Assembly (NCBI RefSeq): GCF_964194025.1
Contig: NC_134476.1
Span: 66,526,001-66,590,000, forward strand
Reading direction: 5' to 3'
Length of the DNA: 64,000 bases
Source of the DNA: Convolutriloba macropyga
Taxonomy: Eukaryota
Made by a program: the position numbers and the translations under genes. The notes beneath the pieces were generated by a model, which saw only the letters and a list, made by a program, of their open reading frames with translations, did not search any database and was not told where the DNA came from. This document shows positions 62,293 through 64,000 of this stretch, one piece after another; positions within the stretch are counted from its first letter, which is position 1, and each line of letters starts with the position of its first letter.

Positions 62293-62367
62293 ATTCTGTA
62301 AGTGTAAAAATGCTAACCGTTTTCTTTGTTTTAAATGCAAGTAATCGTTGACGATTACTAAAGTCTC
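62293..62367 (-). CDS. MIC19/CHCHD3-like protein, upstream exon (ETLVIVNDYLHLKQRKRLAFLHLQN)
   Basis: ttgttgtttgtag|GAG acceptor, AAT|GTAGGA donor, 75 nt, phase 0/0. KRLAFL lines up with the EQLARL coiled-coil segment of CHCHD3 by eye. Confidence 0.55.
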
Positions 62368-63149
62368 CTACAAACAACAAGTGTCGAGGAACTCCAAACC
62401 AGATTAACATCCTGCCTGCCTAGTATTTCACAGATAAAATATCGATTCTGCTAATTTGAGTTGAAAACCGAGAAATGAACCGAGCGAAAAGTTATAGCAG
62501 AGAGATTGCCTAATAATTGCTGCCAAATAGACTTCTTTAACCTGCGATCATAACATAGTAGCCGGCCAATAACGAAGAGAGCATAAAATTCAAACTTAAA
62601 TCCCCAATGTCACTTCTGTTATGCCACTAAAAATCTCCTAAGTAGTGCAGATCTAGTGAACACTTGCGCCCTAGATTAGGTGCGTGCCGTCCACAAACAA
62701 GCAATGCCTTTCATCTCTAACCAAACTCCAGTTAAAGTGAGAAGGGCTGAGTTAATCTAAGTACGAAAAACAAAACCATACAATAATAAGACAAAAATAT
62801 ATAAAACTGACGTCATGCATGGCAAAGTGCTTCAGTTGCCAACCTATGACAATACTAAAAAATTGATAATCAGCCGTTGAGGCGTGATCATGAGAAAATT
62901 GATACCGACGAAATAACCGGACGACTCCGAAAACGCGAACCGTTTGTTAAAAAACACTTGACTTCATGTACATTCTTAAGAACTCGAAAACCATTAAAGC
63001 ATATGTGGTCGACATTAAAGGCTACAGAATAAATGCAGTCGAATTGAAGGCAGCATTGACTTCATATTTCCTAGCTCGCTTATCTTTCTCTTCAATTAAT
63101 TAGATCAAATTAATTTTAACCTTTGAATAAGGTCCAAATTACCAGGTTG

Positions 63150-63422
63150 GAGGAATGTGGACGAGGGTGGGGTGGTGACTGAAGGGGGTCAAACTTTTAA
63201 GACTAAGAACCCCCCTGACAACCTAGTGAATCGGATACTTAAAGAGTTGTAAAGCTATAAGAGAGCTGCTCGGTCACTCCATGCTATCCGAGCGCTAACT
63301 GTTTATTCCGTTTTTGAGAATGAAAAGTCAAATGGGTCAGACGAAAAATCGGTCAAGCGGAAAATTGCATGAAGACCACTGGACTAATATAATGGCGACA
63401 AACTTCGTTTGAGAGCACTTAA
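63150..63422 (-). mobile_element. Partial HINE family-1 element
   Basis: Closely similar to 36680-36820 (AAAAGTCAAATGGGTCAGACGAAAAATCG...AAACTTCGTTTGAGAGCACTTAA). Confidence 0.7.
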
Positions 63423-63963
63423 TACATAGCCGGCAGATTGACTGAAAACCCTCCATTGACGCCTGACCAACTTTAGGATACAAACAACAACACAAAATAG
63501 AGAAAAAACTGACGAGATTACTTTTTCAAAAAGTATTCTAATTTGGTCTGCATTATCATTAGATTTGCTAAATATGTGACTTCAGACTAAATTGCTAGAA
63601 ACAAGGTTAATAAAAATAGCAGTTAGCAGCGCACTCTGATAAACTATTAAATTAATGAAATGAAAACAAAAGGCCACGTTGAGAATAATTGCGTCAAATT
63701 TTGTTCGACAGGAACTTACTATGAAATTAAACCCCGTCAGCAGCTCTGTGAAACATTTACTCAGAGACTAGTAGGTAGCGCTCTAAGAGCTCTGAACAGA
63801 CTTAATGCCCTCGAGCTTTACTATTTCATCCCGTTTTTGAGGTCGAAGAGTCAAATTGTCAGGCGAAAAACCACAAAAAAGACCAACTGAACTCATATTA
63901 TTGGTACAAATTCTGTTGCAAAGTTATTACTACACATGATGTATGATATTATGAAGGTAGTAC

Positions 63964-64000
63964 CTGTAGCCATACAGCCTGAGGTACACTGTACTCTTTG
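63964..64000 (-). CDS. Possible further upstream exon of the MIC19-like gene (...KEYSVPQAVWLQ), truncated by the window edge
   Basis: Open frame ending CAG|GTACTA in phase 0, compatible with the 62367 acceptor. Only 37 nt are visible. Confidence 0.3.

Noticed and set aside
62159-62410. Track ORF of 83 aa (MLIWFGVP...)
   Set aside because: It is in a different frame from the phase-compatible exon at 62293-62367 and stops at the TAG of the next acceptor.

Overview
AT-rich, intron-containing eukaryotic DNA, probably from an invertebrate, with one assembly gap (15142-15362). Protein genes I can support: (1) WDR12/Ytm1 on the minus strand with an intronless CDS (11768-13039). (2) A four-exon type II membrane C-type-lectin-like receptor on + (18306-25135), assembled by hand from phase-compatible splice sites. 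(3) A minus-strand twin-CX9C (CHCH) protein resembling MIC19/CHCHD3, with exons at 62293-62367, 62065-62158, 36995-37152 and 31996-32133. (4) An orphan four-exon gene with tandemly duplicated exon+intron units (38281-39251, +), nested antisense inside gene 3. The main oddity is the 24.9-kb intron of gene 3 (37153-62064). It appears to be one composite element: a Helentron/HINE-type terminus, tRNA-like heads, a recurring backbone motif, the nested gene, a 13-bp minisatellite, an array of AGGTCAnTGACC (IR1) palindromes and about 21 kb of hierarchically duplicated, strand-asymmetric polypyrimidine DNA. The many F/L/S-rich and K/R/E-rich ORFs between 39.5 and 61.7 kb are compositional artefacts. 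The rest of the window is dense in HINE/MITE-like repeats and holds one decayed LINE fragment. All homology calls come from motifs recognised by eye; no searches were run.
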